From: Candidatus Liptonbacteria bacterium
GTDB lineage: Bacteria; Patescibacteriota; Minisyncoccia; UBA6257; 2-01-FULL-56-20
Length of the DNA: 64,000 nucleotides
NCBI GenBank assembly: GCA_016204385.1
Contig: JACQKW010000015.1
Coordinates: 98,155-162,154 of the forward strand
Reading direction: 5' to 3'
Position 1 is the stretch's first letter, and each line of letters starts with the position of its first letter. A program made the position numbers and the translations under genes. Under the pieces are notes generated by a model, which saw only the letters and a program-made list of their open reading frames with translations, did no database searches and was not told where the DNA came from. Positions 30,235-39,825 of this stretch are shown here, in pieces.

Positions 30235-31161
30235 CTACGCGAAATTTCGGCTTTTTATCACCCTGCGCAACCCTTCCTCAAGCGACACCGTCGGGCGCCA
30301 CCGGAGCTCCCTCCGTATCTTTGACGCGTCGAGAGCGTAGCGTAGTTGCTCTCCCGGCCTGTCGGGAACGTATATTGGCCTTGCTTCTTTTCCTAAAAGC
30401 TTTGCGATTCCCCTATAGAGGGTGTTGAGCGACGTCTCAACGCCCGTTCCGACGTTGAAAATCGGATTCGGATGGTTTTTTGGGACTCCGAGCGCGAGAA
30501 GGTTCGCGCGAATGACATCGTCAATGTAGACGTAATCTCGCGTTTTCTTTCCGTCCCCCCATATTTTCGCTTGTTTTCCTTTCGACAGCTGCCTCACGTA
30601 ATCCGCCATGGCACCCGTCGCCTGGCGCGGACCGTAAATTGCGGCGTACCGGAAGATCACGTGCGGCAAACCGTGGAGGTGGTTGAATACTTTCAAGTAG
30701 TTTTCAACCGCGTGTTTCGAAGCGATATAGGGCGAGATGAACGAAAGCGGCTCTGTTTCTCTCGCGGGCAACCTCGCCGTATTCCCGTACAAAAAACCGG
30801 AAGAACTAAAGACGACTTTCTTTACCCCATTCCGCTCACAGTTTTTAAAAAGATTCACTGAGCCGACAATGCCATCGCGATCCAGAAGCGGATCCTCGGT
30901 CGAACGAGGCACGAGCACGTGGAACGCAAAGTGATACACGTACTCCGGGCGGAACTTGTCAAAGACATTCTTGAGGGATGGGCTCGCGATGTTCATCCGG
31001 TAGAATTTCGCTTTTGGGTTCACGTTTTCCTTCCGTCCGGTCGAAAGGTTGTCCACGATCGCAACTTTTGCGCCGCGCGCAAGGAGCGCATCAACTGTGT
31101 GAGAACCTATAAATCCCGCGCCTCCCGTGACGAGAAATCTTTTTCCTTTCACATTCACCAT
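30235..31161 (-). CDS. UDP-glucose 4-epimerase-like SDR
   Basis: TGGAGFIGSH, DNLSTG, YIASK and GDGKKTRDY motifs. Confidence 0.85.
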   Translation of the reverse strand: MVNVKGKRFLVTGGAGFIGSHTVDALLARGAKVAIVDNLSTGRKENVNPKAKFYRMNIASPSLKNVFDKFRPEYVYHFAFHVLVPRSTEDPLLDRDGIVGSVNLFKNCERNGVKKVVFSSSGFLYGNTARLPARETEPLSFISPYIASKHAVENYLKVFNHLHGLPHVIFRYAAIYGPRQATGAMADYVRQLSKGKQAKIWGDGKKTRDYVYIDDVIRANLLALGVPKNHPNPIFNVGTGVETSLNTLYRGIAKLLGKEARPIYVPDRPGEQLRYALDASKIRRELRWRPTVSLEEGLRRVIKSRNFA

Positions 31162-31203
31162 ATGTATAGAGTAGAGTAAACCGCCGGGCCGAAAAATTCA
31201 AGA

Positions 31204-31233
31204 AAATGCGGGCGTCCCGTGTGGGACGCCCGT
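31204..31233 (-). terminator. Intrinsic terminator of lhgO-like gene
   Basis: CGGGCGTCCC-N4-GGGACGCCCG hairpin followed by U residues on the minus strand. Confidence 0.7.
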
Positions 31234-31236
31234 GCG

Positions 31237-32379
31237 TCACAAAAATCCGCTGTCGTGCGCCTTCGTTTCGATCACTTCCGCCACGTACTCCGCAAGCGCA
31301 AGCCCGGCGGTGAGTCCCGGAGATTCGATTCCCACAAGACTCACGAACATCGGGAACGCCGGCGTCTCAAAGCGCACCAGAAAATCGTCTTCCCCCTTCC
31401 CTGGGTTCACTTTCGCGCGGAGTCCCGAATACGCCCAGACGAGGTCGTCGCGGGTGAGCGACGGAAGGAACCGCCGCGCGCCGTCCAAGAATTCATCGGG
31501 CGGCGTGTGCACGGAGAAGTCGTCCTGCGTGCTCTTCCACGGCTTCGCGTTCGGGCCCACGAGGAGCCGGCCGTCCATAGACTTCGTGAGGTGGATCCCC
31601 TTCACGGGATGCTTCGGGGGGAGTGCGGGGTAGACAAGCGTTCCCCGGATGAGGTCCTTTTTAGGACCGACGACTTCGTAGTACTCGCCGCGGTACGGGA
31701 AAATCTTGTACCCGTTGAATCCCGCGAGCGCAGAAACGGCATCAGAGGAGACCCCCGCCGCATTTACCACGAGGCGCGCGCGATACCGCTTGCGTTGCGT
31801 GGTCTCGAGCTCATACGAGGAAACTCTTCTTGTAATCCACTTCACTTCCGCGCCGAAAAAGAACCGTGCGCCTCCTTTCTCTGCCGCACTGCGGAGCGCA
31901 CGCCCGAGCTCTCCCTGATCCACCATCCACACTTCGGGGAGGTAAATGCCGAGCGCGGCGCGCACGCGGGGCTCAAGCTTGCGGATGCCCTTGCCCGAAA
32001 GAAGCCGGATCGGGATCTTTTGGGTGCGGCTGTTGCGGTAGAGAAGCCAGAGCGACTTAAGCTCGGAGGTAAGCCCTGCGAGATCACGGCGTGCCGCGGC
32101 GATGACCATTCCGCACTTGCGGTGGGGAACGTGTTCGCGCTCGCAGAACTCGATAAGGAGTGTGCTCCCCTGCCGCGCGAGCTTGGACTTCAAAAAATCC
32201 GGGTTTTGATGAACTCCCGAATGCACCACGCCGCTGTTGTGCCGGCTTGCCTCGGAGAATTCTGATTCATTCCTCTCGAGCACGGCAACGCTCACGTGCG
32301 GAAATGTTTCCAAAAGCTTCAGGGCGATCGAGCACCCCACCACACCCGCTCCCACGATTACCACGTCCACGAGTACCAT
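31237..32379 (-). CDS. FAD-dependent oxidoreductase, L-2-hydroxyglutarate oxidase (LhgO)-like
   Basis: GAGVVG, S.HNSGVVHSG, RGEY, G.HLT, GPNA and GIESPGLT motifs. Confidence 0.85.
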   Translation of the reverse strand: MVLVDVVIVGAGVVGCSIALKLLETFPHVSVAVLERNESEFSEASRHNSGVVHSGVHQNPDFLKSKLARQGSTLLIEFCEREHVPHRKCGMVIAAARRDLAGLTSELKSLWLLYRNSRTQKIPIRLLSGKGIRKLEPRVRAALGIYLPEVWMVDQGELGRALRSAAEKGGARFFFGAEVKWITRRVSSYELETTQRKRYRARLVVNAAGVSSDAVSALAGFNGYKIFPYRGEYYEVVGPKKDLIRGTLVYPALPPKHPVKGIHLTKSMDGRLLVGPNAKPWKSTQDDFSVHTPPDEFLDGARRFLPSLTRDDLVWAYSGLRAKVNPGKGEDDFLVRFETPAFPMFVSLVGIESPGLTAGLALAEYVAEVIETKAHDSGFL

Positions 32380-32412
32380 GACGATGTTCTCCTTTCAGTA
32401 AGGGCTGTGGGG

Positions 32413-32441
32413 AGTATAGAGGGGCTGTTCCCCTGTGTCAA
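32413..32441 (-). promoter_or_regulatory. sigma70 promoter of lhgO-like gene
   Basis: TTGACA-17 nt-TATACT; AAAGGAG RBS downstream. Confidence 0.75.
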
Positions 32442-32540
32442 AAAAAAGAAAACGGCTCCCGATGAGCTGGGAGCCGCGAACACGACCGGCAGGCCGGGCA
32501 ACCCCGAGGGGGAGGTAAACCAGCCTGCCGGGGGGGACTA
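32442..32540 (-). ncRNA. Candidate ~100-nt small RNA
   Basis: Promoter TTGACG-18-TACACT (32576-32547), a 12-bp stem with a CU-rich loop, then a GGCTCCC/GGGAGCC terminator and U tract. Confidence 0.55.
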
Positions 32541-32615
32541 TCGGTAAGTGTAGCCGAAGAATGCGCGGAGCGTCAACCCCACGCCTATGCAGAGGTGTGG
32601 GGGTCAAGCAGCGCA

Positions 32616-33572
32616 CTACACGTTCGAATGCGGATTTTGAATGTCAATGACCTCGCTCAATTTTATGAGTTCGTCAATGCCCTGTTCCATCGAAACAGAC
32701 GTGTGGTAGCCGAGCTTCTCAAGCTTATTGTATGAGACAAGATAATCGCGCTGGTCGAGGTCTTTTCCGATGTCCGCGAAGTGAAGGTAGTAATCGACTT
32801 TGTTCAATATCATCCGGCAGATCGCTTCCTTCGAATAATTCAAGTCGTTACTTCCCACGTTGTATATCTCTCCCTTCATCTTGTCGTAGTTGTCGATCGC
32901 AAAAAGGAACGCGCGCGCCATGTCGCGTACGTGGATGAACGTCCGCATGAAATGTTTCTCGTAGACAATTAAGCTGCGTTCCCTCACGGCTTTATAGGTA
33001 AAATCGTTCGGAAGAAGGTCAAGCCGCATCCGTGGCGAGACGCCAAAGGCGGTTGCAAACCTAAAAATTACGAATTCTTTGTTTTGTTTTATAATCTCCT
33101 CCGCTTCGGTTTTTTGTCTGCCGTAGTCGGTCAAGGGATTCAATGGGGTCGTTTCGGTACAGAGAGCCTCGAGCATTTTTCCATAATTACTTCCCGTAGA
33201 GGCGTAAAACACCGGGATTTTTCCGGCTGCCACCTCCACGACGTGCTTTGTGCCGTTCACGTTAATGTCTCTCGAAAGTTCGGGGTCTTTTCTGCATGCG
33301 GGAAACCCGACAATGGCAGCGAGATGCACAATGTAATGTGCGCCTTCGGCTGCCTTTAGAACCGTCTCGCGGTTCCGAATGTCGCCTTTCATGAACTCGA
33401 ACCTATCCCGCGAGAAAAAAGAGAGTATGCCGTGCGGGCCAAACTTAAGACTATCCAACACCCGCACGCGGTAACCCTCGTGAAGCAAGCGGTCCACGAG
33501 CACGGTGCCCACGTACCCCGCCCCGCCGGTCACGAGCACGAGCTTGTCTTTGTTTTTATCTGAATCGCCCAT
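32616..33572 (-). CDS. NAD-dependent epimerase/dehydratase
   Basis: TGGAGYVG, HLAAIVGFPAC, YGRQK and RMRLDL motifs; start trimmed to ATG 33572. Confidence 0.85.
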   Translation of the reverse strand: MGDSDKNKDKLVLVTGGAGYVGTVLVDRLLHEGYRVRVLDSLKFGPHGILSFFSRDRFEFMKGDIRNRETVLKAAEGAHYIVHLAAIVGFPACRKDPELSRDINVNGTKHVVEVAAGKIPVFYASTGSNYGKMLEALCTETTPLNPLTDYGRQKTEAEEIIKQNKEFVIFRFATAFGVSPRMRLDLLPNDFTYKAVRERSLIVYEKHFMRTFIHVRDMARAFLFAIDNYDKMKGEIYNVGSNDLNYSKEAICRMILNKVDYYLHFADIGKDLDQRDYLVSYNKLEKLGYHTSVSMEQGIDELIKLSEVIDIQNPHSNV

Positions 33573-33612
33573 GGTAAGGAAAGTGTACGACGCTAATAGT
33601 GCACCACCGCGC

Positions 33613-34563
<951 letters not shown>

Positions 34564-35526
34564 TTAGTACCCCAACCGTTTTCGGTTGTTTGCATACCAC
34601 TCGATCGTCTCTCGGAGCCCGTCCGTGAGCTTTACTTCAGGCTTCCAGCCGGTTGCCTGCATAAGTTTCGAGATGTTCAATACTTTGTGGAGCGCGCCAT
34701 CGGGTTTCGAAGCATCCCACCGTATCGTTCCTTTGAATCCGACGATTGCGCAGATTGTCTCCGCGAGTTCCTTAATCGGAGTGCCTACGCCGGTGCCGAC
34801 ATTCAAAGGTTCCGGATAATTTCCGAGTTCCGTAATCGCAACGATCGCCTTCGCGGCGTCCGAGGCAAATATGAACTCCCGCACTGCCGCGCCGGTTCCC
34901 CATACTACCACTTCGCGCTTCCCATCCTCGCGCGCATCGACAAACTTCCGGATGAGCGCGGAGGCCACGTGCGACCGATCTGGGTCGAACGTATCTCTCG
35001 GTCCGTAAAGGTTCGCAGGCACCGCGAAAGAAAAGTTCAAGCCGTGCTCCCGCGCATATGCCCGTGCCCCCAAAAGCAACGCGCGCTTTGAGAATCCATA
35101 CACCTCAACCGTCGGATGGAGCGGCCCCGCAAGGAGGTCTTTCTCTTCAAAATTTCCCGTAAGCGCCCCCGGGTACATGCAGGCCGATCCCACGATCATA
35201 AGTTTCTGAATCTTATGCTCGATCGAAAGATCGAGGATGTTGAGCGCCATTATTACATTGTCCCGAAAGATGGCGCTCGGATACTTTACGTTATACCCGA
35301 TGCCGCCCACCTTCGCCGCCGCATGGATCACGATATCTGGCGCGAATTTTTGGAATGCCTCGCCATAACTCCCTTTTTTCGTAAGATCGTACTCCTCCAT
35401 GCGCGGCGAAAAGAGGTTCGTGCCGGGAACACCGCGCGATGTAAGCTCGTGAATGAGATGGGAACCTAAAAATCCCGAACCTCCCGTCACAAGTATTTTT
35501 TTGTCCGCAAGCCTAATCCGTTCCAT
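34564..35526 (-). CDS. Second GDP-fucose-synthase family protein (ColC-like)
   Basis: AAKVGGI, GSACMYP, YGFSK and SHV motifs; directly downstream of the colD-like gene. Confidence 0.82.
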   Translation of the reverse strand: MERIRLADKKILVTGGSGFLGSHLIHELTSRGVPGTNLFSPRMEEYDLTKKGSYGEAFQKFAPDIVIHAAAKVGGIGYNVKYPSAIFRDNVIMALNILDLSIEHKIQKLMIVGSACMYPGALTGNFEEKDLLAGPLHPTVEVYGFSKRALLLGARAYAREHGLNFSFAVPANLYGPRDTFDPDRSHVASALIRKFVDAREDGKREVVVWGTGAAVREFIFASDAAKAIVAITELGNYPEPLNVGTGVGTPIKELAETICAIVGFKGTIRWDASKPDGALHKVLNISKLMQATGWKPEVKLTDGLRETIEWYANNRKRLGY

Positions 35527-35542
35527 ACAATCCTATGACATC

Positions 35543-36649
35543 CTACGCAAGCAGTGGTTTCACGGTGTGTACCATAAATGCAAGGTCTTCGTCGGTAAGA
35601 TTCTGATGAATGGGGAGATACAGCGTCCGGTGCGAAAGATCTTCGGCCACCGGAAACGCGCCGGGCGTATAGCCAAGATAACGATATGCTTCCTCGTCGG
35701 TTGGGATGGAGCTAAAAAGTTTTCGGCATTCGATGCCCGCATTAAAGATTTTCTGAAGCGCTTCATCGCGCTGGTTCTGGCTCGCAAACATGAGGGGAAA
35801 TCCGTGGAGCACGTGGGAGCGATCGGAAGTGTCGGGAATGAGATCAACGCCCAACCCATCCCGCAACACTGCGTAATTTCGCTTTTTCTTTGCAATGAAT
35901 TCATCGAGGCGTCCAATGAGTCCCAGGCCGATGATGGCTTCCATCGAATTCATTTTTGCGTTAAAGCCGATGCGGGGAAACACAAATTTTTCCGCCACGT
36001 TGTGGCTCTTGACCGCATGATTGCGGAGCGAAACAATAAGATCCGCCATTTCCTTGTGCTTCGTCACCACCATGCCCCCTTCCCCGCAGCAAATGGTATG
36101 CGACGCAAAGAATGAATACGTCCCTGCGTCGGCAAGCGTCCCTGCATATTTTCCTTTATACGTGGATCCGAACGCCTCGCAGTCATCGCTCAAGAACCAG
36201 ATGCCGCGGCGCCTCGCAATATCAGCAATTGCATCCATATCGCAAAATCCTCCGAGAAGATTCACGGGCGTAATGGCGAGGGTGCGGGGAGTGATTTTCT
36301 CTTCAATTTTTGAGGTGTCAATCTGAAAATCCGGCCCGACGTCAACAAATACCGGCTTCAGGTGGTTATAGTAGGCGGCATTCACGTGCGCAATAAACGT
36401 AAGCGCAGGAATGATGACTTCGTCTTTTCCCGGCCGCAAATATTTTGCGGCCGCGAGCATTAATGTATCTGCGGCGGTGCCGGAAGAAGCGCTGAGCGCG
36501 TAGGGTGCGGAAAATTTTTTCCGGATTGCTGCTTCAAAATCTTCTGTGTAGCGCCCCTGGCTTATCACGCCTGCGTCGAGCGCCTCACGCATGAGTTTCT
36601 TAGTTTCCTCGGTGATATTGACCGACCCCAAATGAACTTTCACCCCCAT
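35543..36649 (-). CDS. GDP-4-keto-6-deoxymannose 3-dehydratase (ColD-like)
   Basis: DegT fold with SFFASH..CGEGG (His for Lys); lies between gmd and fcl. Confidence 0.75.
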   Translation of the reverse strand: MGVKVHLGSVNITEETKKLMREALDAGVISQGRYTEDFEAAIRKKFSAPYALSASSGTAADTLMLAAAKYLRPGKDEVIIPALTFIAHVNAAYYNHLKPVFVDVGPDFQIDTSKIEEKITPRTLAITPVNLLGGFCDMDAIADIARRRGIWFLSDDCEAFGSTYKGKYAGTLADAGTYSFFASHTICCGEGGMVVTKHKEMADLIVSLRNHAVKSHNVAEKFVFPRIGFNAKMNSMEAIIGLGLIGRLDEFIAKKKRNYAVLRDGLGVDLIPDTSDRSHVLHGFPLMFASQNQRDEALQKIFNAGIECRKLFSSIPTDEEAYRYLGYTPGAFPVAEDLSHRTLYLPIHQNLTDEDLAFMVHTVKPLLA

Positions 36650-36650
36650 A

Positions 36651-37664
36651 CTATGCGTTTTTTACCATCTTCTCCATTCCATACTCCTCGAGATCGTGCA
36701 CGAGCATCATGCGCGTGAGTTCCTTAAAGGTAACCTTCGGTTTCCACCCCAGTTTTTCTCTCGCTTTCCGCGCGTCGGCAACCAAGTGCACGACTTCGGT
36801 CGGGCGGTAATAGCGCGGATCTATCTCCACGTAGGATTTCCAGTCGTGGACGCCCACGAGCCGGAACGCTTCTTCCACAAACTCCCCCACGCGGTGGCTC
36901 TCCCCGGTGCCGATCACATAATCATCGGGTTCGGACTCTTGCAACATTTTCCACATCGCTTCGACGTACTCCGGCGCATACCCCCAATCGCGCTTCGCCT
37001 CAAGGTTTCCGAGAAAGAGCTTCTTCTCTTTCCCGGCGAGAATCCGTGCAATGCCATGCGTGATTTTCCTTGTCACAAACGTTTCGCCGCGGCGGGGGGA
37101 CTCGTGATTAAAAAGTATCCCGTTCGCCGCAAAGATGCCGTACGCCTCGCGATAGTTTCTCGTGGTGTGGAATGCAAATACCTTCGAGGCGCTATACGGG
37201 CTCCGCGGATAAAACTTCGTCTCCTCGTTCTGCGGCGGCGGCGCGGCGCCGAACATCTCCGAACTCGACGCCTGATAAAACTTCACCTTCTTCCTCGCGT
37301 GTTCTTCGTAATCTTTGATTCCTTCAAGGAGCCGCAGCGTGCCGACCGCGACGATGTTCGCGGTGTACTCGGGAATATCGAAACTTACGCGCACGTGCGA
37401 CTGGGCGCCAAGATTGTAGATTTCATCAGGCTGAACCTTATATATGAGCTTCCGCACGGTGCTCGCGTCCGCAAGGTCGCCGAAGTGAAGGTGCATCTTC
37501 ACCCCGTTTACATGCGGATCGGTATATAGATGGTCAATACGGGACGTATTGAACGACGATGCGCGCCGGATAATCCCGTGCACTTCGTATCCCTTCGAGA
37601 GCAGGAGTTCCGCAAGATAGGAACCGTCTTGGCCGGTAATGCCGGTGATGAGGGCTTTCTTCAT
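36651..37664 (-). CDS. gmd: GDP-mannose 4,6-dehydratase
   Basis: [30 protein letters not shown] and RDWG motifs. Confidence 0.96.
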   Translation of the reverse strand: MKKALITGITGQDGSYLAELLLSKGYEVHGIIRRASSFNTSRIDHLYTDPHVNGVKMHLHFGDLADASTVRKLIYKVQPDEIYNLGAQSHVRVSFDIPEYTANIVAVGTLRLLEGIKDYEEHARKKVKFYQASSSEMFGAAPPPQNEETKFYPRSPYSASKVFAFHTTRNYREAYGIFAANGILFNHESPRRGETFVTRKITHGIARILAGKEKKLFLGNLEAKRDWGYAPEYVEAMWKMLQESEPDDYVIGTGESHRVGEFVEEAFRLVGVHDWKSYVEIDPRYYRPTEVVHLVADARKAREKLGWKPKVTFKELTRMMLVHDLEEYGMEKMVKNA

Positions 37665-37682
37665 CTGATTCCTTATACGACG

Positions 37683-38309
37683 TTACTTCCGCGGCGTCAA
37701 TCGGGTTTCTATCTCCGAGAGTACCGCGCGCGTACTCTCGTCGTCTTTCCACTGTAAAAGTATCTGCGTTGCGATCTTCCTTGCGTCCTCAAGGTTTCCC
37801 TCGGCACGCGAGACATCGAGCAATCCGTAAAGGAACTGCGGGCGCTTCGGACTCATCGAGAGTCCCTGCGCAAAGTGCCGTTTCGCGTCCCCGAGGTATG
37901 CGGGGTTCCCGGTCCTCACAAATGCGATCTCGTGCAATATGCCCAATACGTAAAGGTTTTGGTTGAAACTCATTCCCCTGCCGCGTTCAATAATCGGGGC
38001 ATAGTATCGGTTCACAAATGAGAGAGCGCGCGCGATGACCTCGGGCGGAACATTTTGCTGATTCACGATGCCAAGCAGTTGGTTCGCCACGTTTCTCACG
38101 AGTTCCTCCTCTCCGATGGGAGACGCACGCGCAAGCGGCTCTGCGAGGATCTTCTCGATCTCCTCGATCGTACCGGCTCTTCCCAGAGAATTGAGCGCCG
38201 CGATAAAGCTCTTTGACTTCTGATACGGCAAAAACGAGCCGAAATATGCGATTCCGAGAATGACCGCGCCAAGCGCGACGGCAATAATCTGTTTAGCGGG
38301 TGTCTTCAT
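37683..38309 (-). CDS. Membrane-anchored TPR-like helical protein
   Basis: ATG 38309 overlaps the end of the upstream ligase gene; N-terminal TM; SPKRPQ..Y.L TPR-like end. Confidence 0.65.
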   Translation of the reverse strand: MKTPAKQIIAVALGAVILGIAYFGSFLPYQKSKSFIAALNSLGRAGTIEEIEKILAEPLARASPIGEEELVRNVANQLLGIVNQQNVPPEVIARALSFVNRYYAPIIERGRGMSFNQNLYVLGILHEIAFVRTGNPAYLGDAKRHFAQGLSMSPKRPQFLYGLLDVSRAEGNLEDARKIATQILLQWKDDESTRAVLSEIETRLTPRK

Positions 38310-39723
38310 GTGCGTAGAAAAAGTAATGCCCGAGTGCGAGAAAGAAGAAGAGGTTGATATAGATGGGCAAAACGTCGAAAAGCGCGAGTCCCTGCACGAA
38401 GTATCCCATTGGCATCGCAAAAAGAAGGGCGCTTTGGTGGAACGACAGGCCGTGCCGACCGGGGTCTTTTAAAAAACGTCTCTTGAAAAATTCAATATAG
38501 AATACCGCGAGCATTCCGAGGTAGGAAAGGAGGCCGAGAACCCCCGTGGCGGCAAGATAGTCGAACACCACATTATGGGCTCGGTCAAACCACGTCTCCG
38601 TGTTCATGTTCGGGACGAAATGCCTTGGATCAAAATATTTGTCGAAGGTGATGCTGAAATTTTCGGGGCCCCACCCCAAGATCGGGCGTTCTTTGAATCC
38701 CTGCCATGCGGAATTCCACGTCCAAAACCTCGTCTGTATCGTTCTGTCTCCCAGCCCCACGTCCGCGAGTTCAAGAAATCGTGTCCCGGGAATTTTCTTG
38801 ACGACATCGGTATTTCGATAGTACACCAGGAAACCGCCAACGATGAGAAGCCCCGCAAGCGTTCCCCCGATTGCCTTCCTCGCCTGCGGCCGCGCGAAGA
38901 ATAGAGAGAGAAGATAGGCGATACCCCCGGCGCCGAGGCCAAGAAATGCGCCTCGCGTTTGGCTAAGAACGAAAAAGAAGAGGAATACAAGCATCAAGCC
39001 GCTGAACGCAACCCATCCCTTCCAGTTCGCGTTCCCGGTTTTTTTCTTTGGCTCCGCCGAAGAGAGCCAGAGAAACGACGCATAAAAAATTGAGAACATA
39101 AGAAAAGGGGCGACATAGGCGGGGTTCCCGAGCGTGCCCTGAAAGCGCGCAAGGGTGAGCCGCCCCCACGCGCTCTCGGGGAGCGACTCGGACGAGTAGG
39201 GTCCCACGAAACGCACGAGGCGATCGGCATCGGCGCCGCTATTTACGCCCGGTATCTCGAGAACGCCATTTGCAAGAATCCCATAGAGGATCATGAGAAG
39301 CGCGATCGAAAGAAACAGGTAAAAAGCCCTGCGCCACGAAGACCAGTCGCGAAAGTGAAATGTGAGGAGCACGAAAAAGATATAATAATGCATCATCTGA
39401 AACCCGCCCTCGCCCCGTTCGTAGTTCGACCAGAACGCGCCCGAAGGATCGTATGCGAAGAACGATGCGAGAACGTAAAAGAACGCGAAGAGAGATACGG
39501 CGATGAAAAGTGGGTTTGAAACGGCGCGGCGGAAAAGCGACCCTAATTCCCCCGGCCCCGCCTCGAATGCCCAATGAAGGAGAAGAAATATAAGGGAAAA
39601 CTCTATCGAGATCCTGAAGAAATAATACTTCCCGCCGATAAAGGGGAAGAATGTGGCAGAGAGCACCACGAGCGCGCTTGCGAGCGACGCGTAAAGAAAG
39701 AATTTTGATGTGTTACGCAGCAT
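38293..39723 (-). CDS. O-antigen ligase family protein
   Basis: GTLGNP, SQTRG, RP.LGWGPENF and DRAHN motifs; start trimmed to ATG 39723. Confidence 0.88.
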   Translation of the reverse strand: MLRNTSKFFLYASLASALVVLSATFFPFIGGKYYFFRISIEFSLIFLLLHWAFEAGPGELGSLFRRAVSNPLFIAVSLFAFFYVLASFFAYDPSGAFWSNYERGEGGFQMMHYYIFFVLLTFHFRDWSSWRRAFYLFLSIALLMILYGILANGVLEIPGVNSGADADRLVRFVGPYSSESLPESAWGRLTLARFQGTLGNPAYVAPFLMFSIFYASFLWLSSAEPKKKTGNANWKGWVAFSGLMLVFLFFFVLSQTRGAFLGLGAGGIAYLLSLFFARPQARKAIGGTLAGLLIVGGFLVYYRNTDVVKKIPGTRFLELADVGLGDRTIQTRFWTWNSAWQGFKERPILGWGPENFSITFDKYFDPRHFVPNMNTETWFDRAHNVVFDYLAATGVLGLLSYLGMLAVFYIEFFKRRFLKDPGRHGLSFHQSALLFAMPMGYFVQGLALFDVLPIYINLFFFLALGHYFFYAHEDTR

Positions 39724-39731
39724 TGTACGCC

Positions 39732-39818
39732 GACGCTGATACGCTAATGGACGCAAATGACGCGGATGAAAATGAAACCGCAATTTGCGTCATTCGAGTG
39801 TATTCGCATATTGGCGTC
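39732..39818. repeat. Inverted ~9-nt-period repeat arrays
   Basis: GACGCTGAT ACGCTAAT GGACGCAAAT GACGCGGAT ... ATTTGCGTC ATTCGAGTGT ATTCGCAT ATTGGCGTC. Confidence 0.72.
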
Positions 39819-39825
39819 GCTCTGT

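Noticed and set aside
31219-32265. 348-aa plus-strand ORF
   Set aside because: Antisense to the lhgO-like gene, which has promoter, RBS and motifs.
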